From Limisphaerales bacterium (GTDB lineage Bacteria; Verrucomicrobiota; Verrucomicrobiia; Limisphaerales; JADLHS01), in NCBI GenBank assembly GCA_044225555.1, contig JBGAIM010000006.1, forward strand, positions 200,018-264,017: 64,000 nt of DNA, written 5' to 3'. Positions within the stretch are counted from its first letter, which is position 1. Every line of letters begins with the position of its first letter. This document shows, piece after piece, positions 16,809 through 26,570 of the stretch. The position numbers and the translations under genes were made by a program. The notes beneath the pieces are model-generated. The model was not told where the DNA came from, did no database searches, and saw only the letters and a program-made list of their open reading frames with translations.

Positions 16809-17285
16809 ATGCGATTGCTTAAAATCATTCTGGCGTCCGCTTTGTTGGTGGCTGTGCCGACAGTGCTTGTGCAGGCTGCAACGGGCGATGTGGCTGCCGT
16901 GGAACAGACCGCGCAGGCGGTTGTGACGGGAGCCGAACATGCAGCCGAGGCGGCAGCTCACGATGTCGAACATGCGGCGGCACGGGCAGAGCACAGTGAA
17001 GGTCTTCCCGCGGCGGCTCCGAGAATTAAGGTCGGCCCGTTGGAGGTGACGAACTCAATGATCCTCACCTGGTGCATCGCCCTTTTCCTGATTGTGTTTG
17101 CCCAGGTCGCCACCCGGAACATCAAGGCCGTACCGCAAGGCGCGCAGAATTTCTGGGAATGGCTGGTCGAGGCGCTCTACGGTTTCCTGGAGGGCATCAT
17201 CGGGCCCGATCTGGTCAAAAAGACCTTCTGGTTTTTCGCGACGGTGTTCATCTTCATTTTGTTCACCAATTGGCGATGGCGATGA
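16809..17285 (+). CDS. atpB: F0F1 ATP synthase subunit a, N-terminal part (signal-like, His/Glu-rich extension plus TM1-TM2); reading frame ends prematurely
   Basis: PQGAQNFWEWLVE...FWFFATVFIFILFTNW matches the first half of subunit a. The frame then reads RWR-stop at 17283-17285. Confidence 0.75.
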   Translation: MRLLKIILASALLVAVPTVLVQAATGDVAAVEQTAQAVVTGAEHAAEAAAHDVEHAAARAEHSEGLPAAAPRIKVGPLEVTNSMILTWCIALFLIVFAQVATRNIKAVPQGAQNFWEWLVEALYGFLEGIIGPDLVKKTFWFFATVFIFILFTNWRWR

Positions 17286-17683
17286 TCTTCTTCGTCTGCT
17301 GGACGATCTGGGCGTTGCAGGCCAATGGGCCGGGCGGATTCATCCTGCATTTGTTTGGACCCAAGGGCGACACAACGGGGCTCTTGAAGATGTTGATGAT
17401 TCTGGTGTTTCTCCTGGTGGGCGTTTTGGAAGTGGTGTCCATCGTATTCCGTCCGGTGTCACTCAGCTTCCGGCTCTACGGCAACATTTTTGCCGGTGAG
17501 AACATGCTCGAATCCATGGCCATCATGGGTGGTCCGGCGTTTGGCTGGCTGCTCGCCTTGCCATTCTATGCGATGGAGCTTTTGGTTGGTTTGGTGCAGG
17601 CGCTGGTGTTCATGTTGTTGACGTCCGTGTTCACCCTGTTGATTTGTCAGCACGAAGAGGGACACGAGCACGCGCATCACTAA
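17282..17683 (+). CDS. atpB: F0F1 ATP synthase subunit a, C-terminal part (TM3-TM5 with the essential Arg), in a different frame
   Basis: (LAMA)MIFFVCWTIWAL...FRPVSLSFRLYGNIFAGE...LVQALVFMLLT is the conserved C-terminal half of subunit a. The ATG at 17282 overlaps the TGA of the N-terminal part; ATG 17276 and TTG 17270 are alternative starts. Confidence 0.7.
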   Translation: MIFFVCWTIWALQANGPGGFILHLFGPKGDTTGLLKMLMILVFLLVGVLEVVSIVFRPVSLSFRLYGNIFAGENMLESMAIMGGPAFGWLLALPFYAMELLVGLVQALVFMLLTSVFTLLICQHEEGHEHAHH

Positions 17684-17745
17684 GATTTCGCCGGCTTGAC
17701 CGTGTTCAATCGCGGGAGGCGGCGGGAAAAACGAAAGGTAACAAA

Positions 17746-17934
17746 ATGACTGGTAGCATTCACGTCGGTCTGGCTGCGCTCGGTGCGGCCATCGGTGTCG
17801 GTCTCATTGGCATGAAGGCTTCGGAAGCCGTCGGGCGCAATCCCGGCGCGTCCACGAAGATCCTGGTTCAGGCCATTCTGAGCACCGCGTTCGCCGAAGG
17901 TATCGTGTTCTTCGCCATTTTCTTGGTGAAGTAA
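17746..17934 (+). CDS. atpE: F0F1 ATP synthase subunit c
   Basis: 62-aa hairpin protein with Gly-rich helix 1 (LGAAIGVGLIG), loop RNPG and a carboxylate in helix 2 (AFAEGIVFF). Confidence 0.85.
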   Translation: MTGSIHVGLAALGAAIGVGLIGMKASEAVGRNPGASTKILVQAILSTAFAEGIVFFAIFLVK

Positions 17935-17990
17935 GGATTCCGGGCGCGGCGGCGCAAGTCGCCGCGCCTTCCGACAACCAATAGATTTTT

Positions 17991-18539
17991 ATGGAACACT
18001 CAGTTTTCTTTGCCGCCAGTGACTTGGTTGAGCTCGCCAAAAAGACGGGCGAGACGTTCGGCTTTAGCTGGTCGCTGTTCATTTCGCAGTGCATCAGCTT
18101 TGGCATCGTTTGCTTTGCGCTGCATCGCTGGGCGTACAAACCAATCTTGAAGGTCCTCGAAGATCGCCGCGAAAAAATCGCCGAGAGCCTGGCCAACGCC
18201 GATAAGATCAAGGCGGAACTGGCCAACGCGCAGTCCAAAGCGCAGGAGATTCTCTCGGCGGCCAATGTGCACGGAAACAAGCTGATCGAGGAAGCGCGCG
18301 TGTCGGCGGCGAAAGTTTTGGAAGTGGAATCGCAGAAGGCGATTGCCACCGCCAATGACATCGTGACCAAGGCGCGTCAGGCCAGCGAAGCGGAACTGGC
18401 CCGCATGAAGATGGAATTGCGCAAGGAAGTCGGTCGGCTTGTCGTCGCCACCAGCGCGAAGGTCACCGGCAACATCCTGACCCCGGACCAGCAGAGCCGG
18501 CTCGCGGAAGACACGGCGAAGCAGTTGGCGAGCAACTAA
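17991..18539 (+). CDS. atpF: F0F1 ATP synthase subunit b
   Basis: N-terminal TM helix followed by a long charged helix (KPILKVLEDRREKIAESLANADKIKAEL...). Position in the operon supports the call. Confidence 0.85.
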   Translation: MEHSVFFAASDLVELAKKTGETFGFSWSLFISQCISFGIVCFALHRWAYKPILKVLEDRREKIAESLANADKIKAELANAQSKAQEILSAANVHGNKLIEEARVSAAKVLEVESQKAIATANDIVTKARQASEAELARMKMELRKEVGRLVVATSAKVTGNILTPDQQSRLAEDTAKQLASN

Positions 18540-18931
18540 TGAAGATTTCCAAACAAGCCCGGCGCGACGGCAAGGCGCTGTTCACCAGTTGCCGGGTGAG
18601 TGGCGTGCTGGATGAGAATCGCGTACGGCAGACCGTTAACGCGGTTATTGCGCAGAAGCCGCGCGGTTACGTGGGGATTCTTTCCCACTTTCAAAGATTG
18701 GTGAAGCTGGACCTCGAACGGCGCACCGCCGTGGTGGAGAGCGCCGCGCCTGTGCCGGAAGCGCTGCAGCAGTCGGTGAAGGCGAATCTCGCGCAACGTT
18801 ACGGCCCGGGTTTGAATGTGAGCTTCACCGTGAATCCGGCGTTGATCGGCGGGATGCGCGTGAAGGTGGGCAGTGATGTTTTTGACGGCAGTGTGCGGGC
18901 GCGTTTGAACGAGCTCGCGGAGAGCATGTGA
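18539..18931 (+). CDS. atpH: F0F1 ATP synthase subunit delta (short, 130 aa)
   Basis: OSCP-like C-terminal part (AVVESAAPV...NPALIGGMRVKVGSDVFDGSVRARL). TAATG overlap with atpF. Confidence 0.75.
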   Translation: MKISKQARRDGKALFTSCRVSGVLDENRVRQTVNAVIAQKPRGYVGILSHFQRLVKLDLERRTAVVESAAPVPEALQQSVKANLAQRYGPGLNVSFTVNPALIGGMRVKVGSDVFDGSVRARLNELAESM

Positions 18932-18964
18932 TTTTGGAAACGAAGAACGGAACGATAATTTGAT

Positions 18965-20539
18965 ATGAGCAACCTCCTCCAGGAAATTGAAGCCCAGATC
19001 GCCGGCGTGAAAACGCAGGTGAACAAGCAGAACGTCGGCGTCGTCCGCGAATGCTCCGACGGCGTGGCCAAGATCGAGGGCCTCACCGACGCGATGGCCA
19101 ACGAGATGTTGGACTTCGGCGGCGGTGTGATCGGCCTTGCGCTCAACCTCGAAGAAACCGAAGTCGGTGCGATCATCCTTGGCGACTACCTCAGCATCCA
19201 TGAAGGGTCGGAGGTAAAAACGACGGGCAAGCTGCTCTCCGTGCCGGTGGGTAAAGGTTTGCTGGGTCGCGTCGTGGATTGTCTGGGCCGTCCGGTGGAT
19301 GGCAAAGGGGCGATCAAAGAGGACGCGTTCTATCCGGTGGAGAAAATCGCTCCCGGCATCATCAAGCGCCGCTCTGTCAGCCAGCCGGTGCAGACGGGCA
19401 TCATGGCGATTGACGCAATGATTCCGATTGGCCGCGGTCAGCGCGAGTTGATCATTGGCGACCGTTCGACGGGCAAGACCACGATTGGCGTGGACACAAT
19501 GATCAATCAGGCGCGCATCAACAAAGTGGGCCGCGCATCCGGTGACAAGAGCTTTCGTCCCGTATTCAACATCTACGTGGCCATCGGCCAGAAGCAATCG
19601 AACGTGGCGCGCGTGATCGCCGAACTCGAAAAAGCCGGCGCGCTGGAAGATACCATTGTTGTGGTCGCCTCCGCTTCCGATTCCGCGGCCAACCAGTACC
19701 TCGCGCCATTTGCTGGCGCGTCCATGGGCGAATGGTTCCTCGATAACGGCATGGATGCCTTGATCATCTACGACGATCTCTCGAAGCAGGCCACGGCTTA
19801 TCGCCAGGTTTCGCTCGTGCTGAAGCGCCCGTCGGGTCGCGAGGCGTATCCGGGTGACGTGTTTTATCTGCACAGCCGCTTGTTGGAACGCTCGGCGCGG
19901 GTCGGCGAGAAATACGGCAACGGCTCGCTCACGGCGTTGCCCATCATCGAAACGCAGGCGGGTGACGTTTCGGCCTACATTCCGACGAACGTGATTTCGA
20001 TCACGGACGGCCAGATTTATCTGGAAACGGATTTGTTCTATCAAGGCGTTCGTCCCGCCGTCTCCGTCGGTCTCTCGGTGAGCCGGGTCGGGTCGGCGGC
20101 GCAGATCAAGGCGATGAAACAGGTGGCCGGTCGTATCAAGGGCGACCTCGCGCAGTTCCGCGAGCTGGCGGCGTTTGCGCAGTTCGGTTCGGACCTCGAC
20201 GCCAAGACGCAGGCGATTCTCGAGCGCGGCAAGCGCGTGGTGGAGATTTTCAAGCAGCCGCAGTTCAATCCGATTCCCGTCGAAATCCAGGCGGCGGTGC
20301 TCTGGGCGGTGCAGAACAACTTTGTGGACGACGTGGCCGTGGAGAATGTGAAAGACTTTCAGGGCAAGCTCACGGATTTCCTGACTACGCGGAAAGCCGA
20401 GCTGTTGACCAAGATTCGCAATGAAAAGGCGATCAGCGAAGCGCTTGCCGGCGAACTGAAGACCGCAGTCACCGAGTTCAAGCAGACTTACACGGTGGCG
20501 AAGCCCCAGGCGGCCGCACCGGCCGGGAAGGCCGCTTAA
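18965..20539 (+). CDS. atpA: F0F1 ATP synthase subunit alpha
   Basis: Walker A GDRSTGKT. Also [42 protein letters not shown]. Confidence 0.97.
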   Translation: MSNLLQEIEAQIAGVKTQVNKQNVGVVRECSDGVAKIEGLTDAMANEMLDFGGGVIGLALNLEETEVGAIILGDYLSIHEGSEVKTTGKLLSVPVGKGLLGRVVDCLGRPVDGKGAIKEDAFYPVEKIAPGIIKRRSVSQPVQTGIMAIDAMIPIGRGQRELIIGDRSTGKTTIGVDTMINQARINKVGRASGDKSFRPVFNIYVAIGQKQSNVARVIAELEKAGALEDTIVVVASASDSAANQYLAPFAGASMGEWFLDNGMDALIIYDDLSKQATAYRQVSLVLKRPSGREAYPGDVFYLHSRLLERSARVGEKYGNGSLTALPIIETQAGDVSAYIPTNVISITDGQIYLETDLFYQGVRPAVSVGLSVSRVGSAAQIKAMKQVAGRIKGDLAQFRELAAFAQFGSDLDAKTQAILERGKRVVEIFKQPQFNPIPVEIQAAVLWAVQNNFVDDVAVENVKDFQGKLTDFLTTRKAELLTKIRNEKAISEALAGELKTAVTEFKQTYTVAKPQAAAPAGKAA

Positions 20540-20561
20540 CGCAACCGCGACTTAAGTTTTC

Positions 20562-21440
20562 ATGCCCAGCACACGCGACATCCGACGCCGTATCCGCTCC
20601 GTCAAGAACACGGCGCAAATCACGAAGGCCATGCAAATGGTGGCCTCGTCGAAGATGCGCAAAGCGCAGCTCGCGGCCACGGCGGGACGGCCTTACGCCG
20701 GGCTGATGAACAACATGCTGGCGCACGTCACCGGACACACGGGCGACTTCAGCCATCCGTTGATGGAAAAACGCGAGGGCAGCAAGCGGGCCGTGGTGCT
20801 GATTACCTCCGACAAGGGACTCTGCGGCGCGCTCAACTCGAACATCACGCGCGAGGCCGCCAAGTTCGACAAAGACACGGTCGTCTTCGTCTGTGCCGGC
20901 AAGAAGGGCGCGCAGTTCATTTCGCGCACCAAGCGCAAGCTGGTCGCCGAGTTTACCTACAAGGATTCGCCGCTCTTTTCCGAGGCGCGGGCGATTTCCA
21001 AGTTCGTTCAGGAAATGTTCCTGAGCGGCGAGGTGGATCACGTGGATGTGCTCTACACCAATTTCATCACCACGCTGAATCAGAAGGCCGAAGTGCAGCC
21101 GTTGCTTCCGATTGGCGAAATCAAAGGCGTGCAGAGCAGCATCCAGGGCGGGGAAGTCTCCACGGTGTTGGAAAAGTCGGAAATGGAATATCTGTTCGAG
21201 CCGGGCGCCGACGGCGTGCTCAGCGCTTTGCTCCCGCACTACCTTAATTTCCAGGTCTTCCAATTTCTGCTCGAAGCCAAGGCCTCCGAGCATAGCTCGC
21301 GCATGGTGGCGATGAAGAACGCGACCGACAACGCGAAGCAGCTCATCAAAGACCTCACGCTCGAATACAACAAACTGCGGCAGGCGAACATCACGAAGGA
21401 ACTGTTGGAAATTACCACCGCCCAGATGGCGTTGGGTTGA
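20562..21440 (+). CDS. atpG: F0F1 ATP synthase subunit gamma
   Basis: IRRRIRSVKNTAQITKAMQMVASSKMRKAQ N-terminus and NKLRQANITKELLEI C-terminus. Confidence 0.95.
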   Translation: MPSTRDIRRRIRSVKNTAQITKAMQMVASSKMRKAQLAATAGRPYAGLMNNMLAHVTGHTGDFSHPLMEKREGSKRAVVLITSDKGLCGALNSNITREAAKFDKDTVVFVCAGKKGAQFISRTKRKLVAEFTYKDSPLFSEARAISKFVQEMFLSGEVDHVDVLYTNFITTLNQKAEVQPLLPIGEIKGVQSSIQGGEVSTVLEKSEMEYLFEPGADGVLSALLPHYLNFQVFQFLLEAKASEHSSRMVAMKNATDNAKQLIKDLTLEYNKLRQANITKELLEITTAQMALG

Positions 21441-21443
21441 TAG

Positions 21444-22955
<1,512 letters not shown>

Positions 22956-22981
22956 AGCAGGTTCTTCAGGCACCGAAGCAA

Positions 22982-23389
22982 ATGGCCACGCTCAAACTGG
23001 AAATCGTTACGCCGGAATCCAAGGTTTACTCCGAGGACGTGGACATGGTCACGCTGCCGGGGGTCGAAGGCGAGATGGGCATCTTCCCGATGCACGTCCC
23101 GTTGATGACGCAACTCGCCGCGGGCGAAGTGACCGCGCGCAAGGACGGCCAGGATTATTTTCTCGCCGTCGGCGATGGCTTTGTGGAAATCACCGGCGAA
23201 CGCGTTTCGGTGCTGACGGACATGGCGATCAAGGCGGAGAACATTGACGAAGGCAAGGCCGAGGATGCCCGCAAGCGTGCTGAAGCCCGCCTGGCCGAGA
23301 AGATTGACGACGAGGAGGCTGCGCGCGTGAATGCGGCTTTGGCTCAATCGCTAGCTCAACTCAAGGTCAAGCGCCGGCAGCTCAAGTAG
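22982..23389 (+). CDS. atpC: F0F1 ATP synthase subunit epsilon
   Basis: LKLEIVTPE...VTLPGVEGEMGIFPMHVPLMT pattern and position in the operon. Confidence 0.9.
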   Translation: MATLKLEIVTPESKVYSEDVDMVTLPGVEGEMGIFPMHVPLMTQLAAGEVTARKDGQDYFLAVGDGFVEITGERVSVLTDMAIKAENIDEGKAEDARKRAEARLAEKIDDEEAARVNAALAQSLAQLKVKRRQLK

Positions 23390-23492
23390 CTGCCTTCGGT
23401 GGCGCTGGCGGCTCTTATTTGTCTTGGAGGCGTTTGTTCGCGAAGTCATGCTGGGTCGGGCCCTGTGGTCTTGAACCGGTGGGCCGTCTGCC

Positions 23493-24566
23493 ATGGACGA
23501 CAAGCTGACGCTCATCCTCTTTCTGGTTGCTCCACCGCTGGCGGGGGAGTTGTTGCTGCTGTTCCTGCTGTTCCGGATTTCCCGCTTTGCCAAAACGAAC
23601 TCAGGCTGGCGTCGCATTCTGCTTTTTAACGCCTTGTCCGTGGTTCTCCTGGTCGGTCTTGGCTTTGCCGGCGGTGAATTGTTTTACCGTTTTGTGTATG
23701 ACACGACGGACTCAATTGCCTACACCAAGGTTTCGCAGCAGTGGGGCGAGCGCTACATCGTTGAGAACTCCGCCGGGTTTCGGGACAACGTCCAATACTC
23801 GCTGCCGATTACCCCGGGGAAGCGGCGCATCAGCTTCCTGGGTGATTCGTTCACCGCTGGCCACGGCGTAAAGAGTGTTGAGGATCGCTTCCCGAACCTG
23901 GTTCGGGCCGCACATCCCGAGTGGGAAGTTCATGTGCTGGCCAAGCTGGGCTGGGATACCGGTGCGGAATTGCAGGAACTTCAGAAGTATCAGCGGGATG
24001 GCTACCAATTTGACTGTGTCGTTTTGGTGTATTGTCTCAACGATGTCGCGGATCTCTTCCCGGAATGGACCACGGCAATGCAACGCATCCAGGCGGAGGC
24101 CCGACGCGGCGGTTGGTTGCGTCGGCACAGTTTCTTTCTCGACATTCTATATCACCGCCAACTGGCGGCGAATGATCCTTACGTCAGAAACTATTACGAC
24201 TTTGTGAAGCGAGGCTACAGCGGCCCCACTTGGGAACAGCAAAAGCAGCGGCTGATTTCATTGCGGGACGTGGTTCAGTCACATGGCGGCAAACTCGTCG
24301 TGGTGACTTTTCCCTTTATGCAGGCGGTCGGTGGGAACTACGAATACCAGCCGATCCACGATGAACTGAACCGCCTTTGGATTCAGCTCGACGTTCCTCA
24401 TCTGGACTTGTTGCCCACGTTCGCCGGAATGCCACGCGATCAGATCACCGTCAATCGCTACGATGCACACCCGAATGAACGTGCGAACGTCCTGGCCGCC
24501 AAAGTGATCGAACCTTTTCTGGTCGGGCAGCTCAAGACCAACCGGGTTGTCAAAACTGACCTTTAA
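23493..24566 (+). CDS. SGNH/GDSL hydrolase family protein with N-terminal membrane anchor
   Basis: Block I ISFLGDSFTAGHG, block III CLNDV-like and block V YDAHPNERAN (DxxH). Two N-terminal hydrophobic helices. Confidence 0.7.
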   Translation: MDDKLTLILFLVAPPLAGELLLLFLLFRISRFAKTNSGWRRILLFNALSVVLLVGLGFAGGELFYRFVYDTTDSIAYTKVSQQWGERYIVENSAGFRDNVQYSLPITPGKRRISFLGDSFTAGHGVKSVEDRFPNLVRAAHPEWEVHVLAKLGWDTGAELQELQKYQRDGYQFDCVVLVYCLNDVADLFPEWTTAMQRIQAEARRGGWLRRHSFFLDILYHRQLAANDPYVRNYYDFVKRGYSGPTWEQQKQRLISLRDVVQSHGGKLVVVTFPFMQAVGGNYEYQPIHDELNRLWIQLDVPHLDLLPTFAGMPRDQITVNRYDAHPNERANVLAAKVIEPFLVGQLKTNRVVKTDL

Positions 24567-24681
24567 ACCGCTGTCCGAATCGGGTGGGATCCGTCGCCTT
24601 CGTGGCTTGGCGCCGGTGTTTTACCCGACAGTAGTTAATTTGAAAGGCTCACATAGCTAAGAATTTCTGCTGATTCGAGGC

Positions 24682-24710
24682 TTGACCGCCGCCCCCGCCG
24701 GCGCTATACC
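24682..24710 (+). promoter_or_regulatory. Sigma-70-like promoter candidate (TTGACC - 17 nt - TATACC) for the IHF/HU gene
   Basis: Hexamers read directly, with a 17-nt spacer, ~40 nt upstream of the ATG at 24750. Confidence 0.4.
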
Positions 24711-24749
24711 CGCTTCTCAGACCGGCAAAACTCCAAACCCATCAAGCCT

Positions 24750-25055
24750 ATGACACTGACAAAGCGCGATTTGGTCACTCGCATCAGCGAGGAAACGGGC
24801 CTTACCCAGCAACAGGTGCTCGACGTGGTGCAGAAGACCCTCGATTACATTGGTGAGAGTCTGGCCAAGGGCGACAAGGTGGAACTGCGCAACTTCGGCG
24901 TGTTTGAAGTCAAAACCCGCAAGGCTCGCGTGGGGCGCAATCCCAACGCACCCGAAACCGACGTGCCCATCCCGGCCCGATCCGTCGTTAAGTTCAAGGC
25001 CGGCAAGGAAATGGCCGCCGCCGTCATCAAGTTGCCGCCGCAGCCTGCCGCCTGA
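24750..25055 (+). CDS. HU/IHF family DNA-binding protein (IHF-like)
   Basis: LTKRDLVTRISEETGLTQQQV...VELRNFGVFEVKTRKARVGRNPNAPETDVPIPARSVVKFKAGKEM is the canonical fold signature. Confidence 0.9.
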   Translation: MTLTKRDLVTRISEETGLTQQQVLDVVQKTLDYIGESLAKGDKVELRNFGVFEVKTRKARVGRNPNAPETDVPIPARSVVKFKAGKEMAAAVIKLPPQPAA

Positions 25056-25075
25056 TTCAGCCATCGAGATTTCGG

Positions 25076-25115
25076 GGGCGCGGCGACCTCACCGGTCCGC
25101 GCCCTTTTTCTTTTT
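25076..25115 (+). terminator. Rho-independent terminator after the IHF/HU gene
   Basis: Stem GGGCGCGG (25076-25083) pairs with CCGCGCCC (25097-25104), followed by TTTTTCTTTTT. Confidence 0.75.
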
Positions 25116-25150
25116 ATTCGGGCCGCCGTTCCTTACTCTGACCGCAAGCT

Positions 25151-26389
25151 ATGGAACGTTTGCCTGGGTTTCGCGATTTCTATCCTGAGCCATTGCCGCA
25201 CAAGGACGTGTGGAGTGCTGATGCGCGCCAATACATTTTCAGCCAATGGCGCGAGGCCGCCCGCCGCTATGGCTTTCGCGAATATGATGGCCCGCCGCTG
25301 GAACCATTGGAACTTTTCACAACCAAGAGTGGCGATGAGATCGTCGGACAACTCTATAACTTCGTGGACAAGGGTGACCGCGCGATCGCTCTGCGTCCGG
25401 AGATGACACCCACGCTGGCCCGGATGATTGCCGCGCACGAACGCAACTACAAGAAACCCATCAAGTGGTTCGCCATTCCGCAACTGTTCCGCTACGAGCG
25501 CCAGCAGAAAGGCCGCCTGCGCGAACATTTTCAGTTCAACGCCGACATCTTCGGCGAGCAGGATGTCGCTGCGGATGCTGAACTGATCGCGCTGTTAATT
25601 GATACGCTCCGTTCGTTTGGCTTGACCGCCGAGGATTTTGTCATCCGCCTCAGCAGCCGCAATGCATGGAACGATTACTTTACCAATCGTGGCGGCAAAG
25701 CTGGCCAGGAATACGACTTCTTCCAGGTCATCGACAAATTGGAGCGCGCCGAATCTGAAGAGTCACAGAAAAAGCTCGCCGCCCTGGGTTTCTCGCTCGA
25801 CGACGTAAATGCTTTCATCAATTCCGGCACCCCCACGGTCGAACTGGCATCCATCATTGCCAATCTGACCGCGCGCGGCCTGGGTGACTTTGTGAAGGTG
25901 GATTACAAAGTCATTCGCGGACTGGCGTACTATACCGGTCCGGTGTTCGAGGCGTTTGATCGCAAGGGTGAGTTCCGTGCCATAGCGGGCGGCGGACGCT
26001 ACGACAATCTCGTCAAACTTATCAGCAACGGCAAAGTGGACCTGCCGGCCCTCGGATTTGGGATGGGTGACGTGGTGTTGTTGGAACTGCTCAAAGCCCG
26101 TGGACGATTACCGCAGTTTCATCAGAATGTGGATGTGTTTGTTTTAATCGAGCAGGAAGTCCTGCGTCCTCAGTCACTTAAGCTCATCCAAGAATTACGC
26201 ACGGCCGGTCGGGTTGCGGAGTATGCGTTGACTGCCGTCAAGCCGGACAAACAGTTTAAACGCGCACAGGAACTGAATGCCAGGTTCCTGGCGAAGTTGG
26301 AAAATGATTCCACGGTGAGGGTGCGCAATCTCAAGACGCGCGAAGAATGGTCGATGCCAGCGACTGACTTGGCCACCAGGCTTTCTTGA
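25151..26389 (+). CDS. hisS: Histidine--tRNA ligase
   Basis: LPGFRDFYPE, RPEMTPTLARM, motif 2 FRYERQQKGRLREHFQFNADIFG and motif 3 AGGGRYDNL. Confidence 0.95.
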   Translation: MERLPGFRDFYPEPLPHKDVWSADARQYIFSQWREAARRYGFREYDGPPLEPLELFTTKSGDEIVGQLYNFVDKGDRAIALRPEMTPTLARMIAAHERNYKKPIKWFAIPQLFRYERQQKGRLREHFQFNADIFGEQDVAADAELIALLIDTLRSFGLTAEDFVIRLSSRNAWNDYFTNRGGKAGQEYDFFQVIDKLERAESEESQKKLAALGFSLDDVNAFINSGTPTVELASIIANLTARGLGDFVKVDYKVIRGLAYYTGPVFEAFDRKGEFRAIAGGGRYDNLVKLISNGKVDLPALGFGMGDVVLLELLKARGRLPQFHQNVDVFVLIEQEVLRPQSLKLIQELRTAGRVAEYALTAVKPDKQFKRAQELNARFLAKLENDSTVRVRNLKTREEWSMPATDLATRLS

Positions 26390-26570
26390 TGGGAATTTCA
26401 AGGCAAGGATTTGCAGCCCTGTTCTCAGTGGCGGTGCAGGCGCAATCGTTCGCAATATTCTCAGTCACCGCACGTGGGTGACCTTGCTCGCTGGACGTTG
26501 CGCCGAGTCGTGCTCGTTGCCGCCGATAGTACCGAACTGGCTTTGACTCCACAGCCCTCATCAGTCCAGC

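Noticed and set aside
17072-17269. Upstream part of the frame-2 ORF 17072..17683
   Set aside because: It overlaps the genuine N-terminal atpB frame and translates to Arg/Gly/His-rich sequence. Only the part from about 17270 onward matches subunit a.
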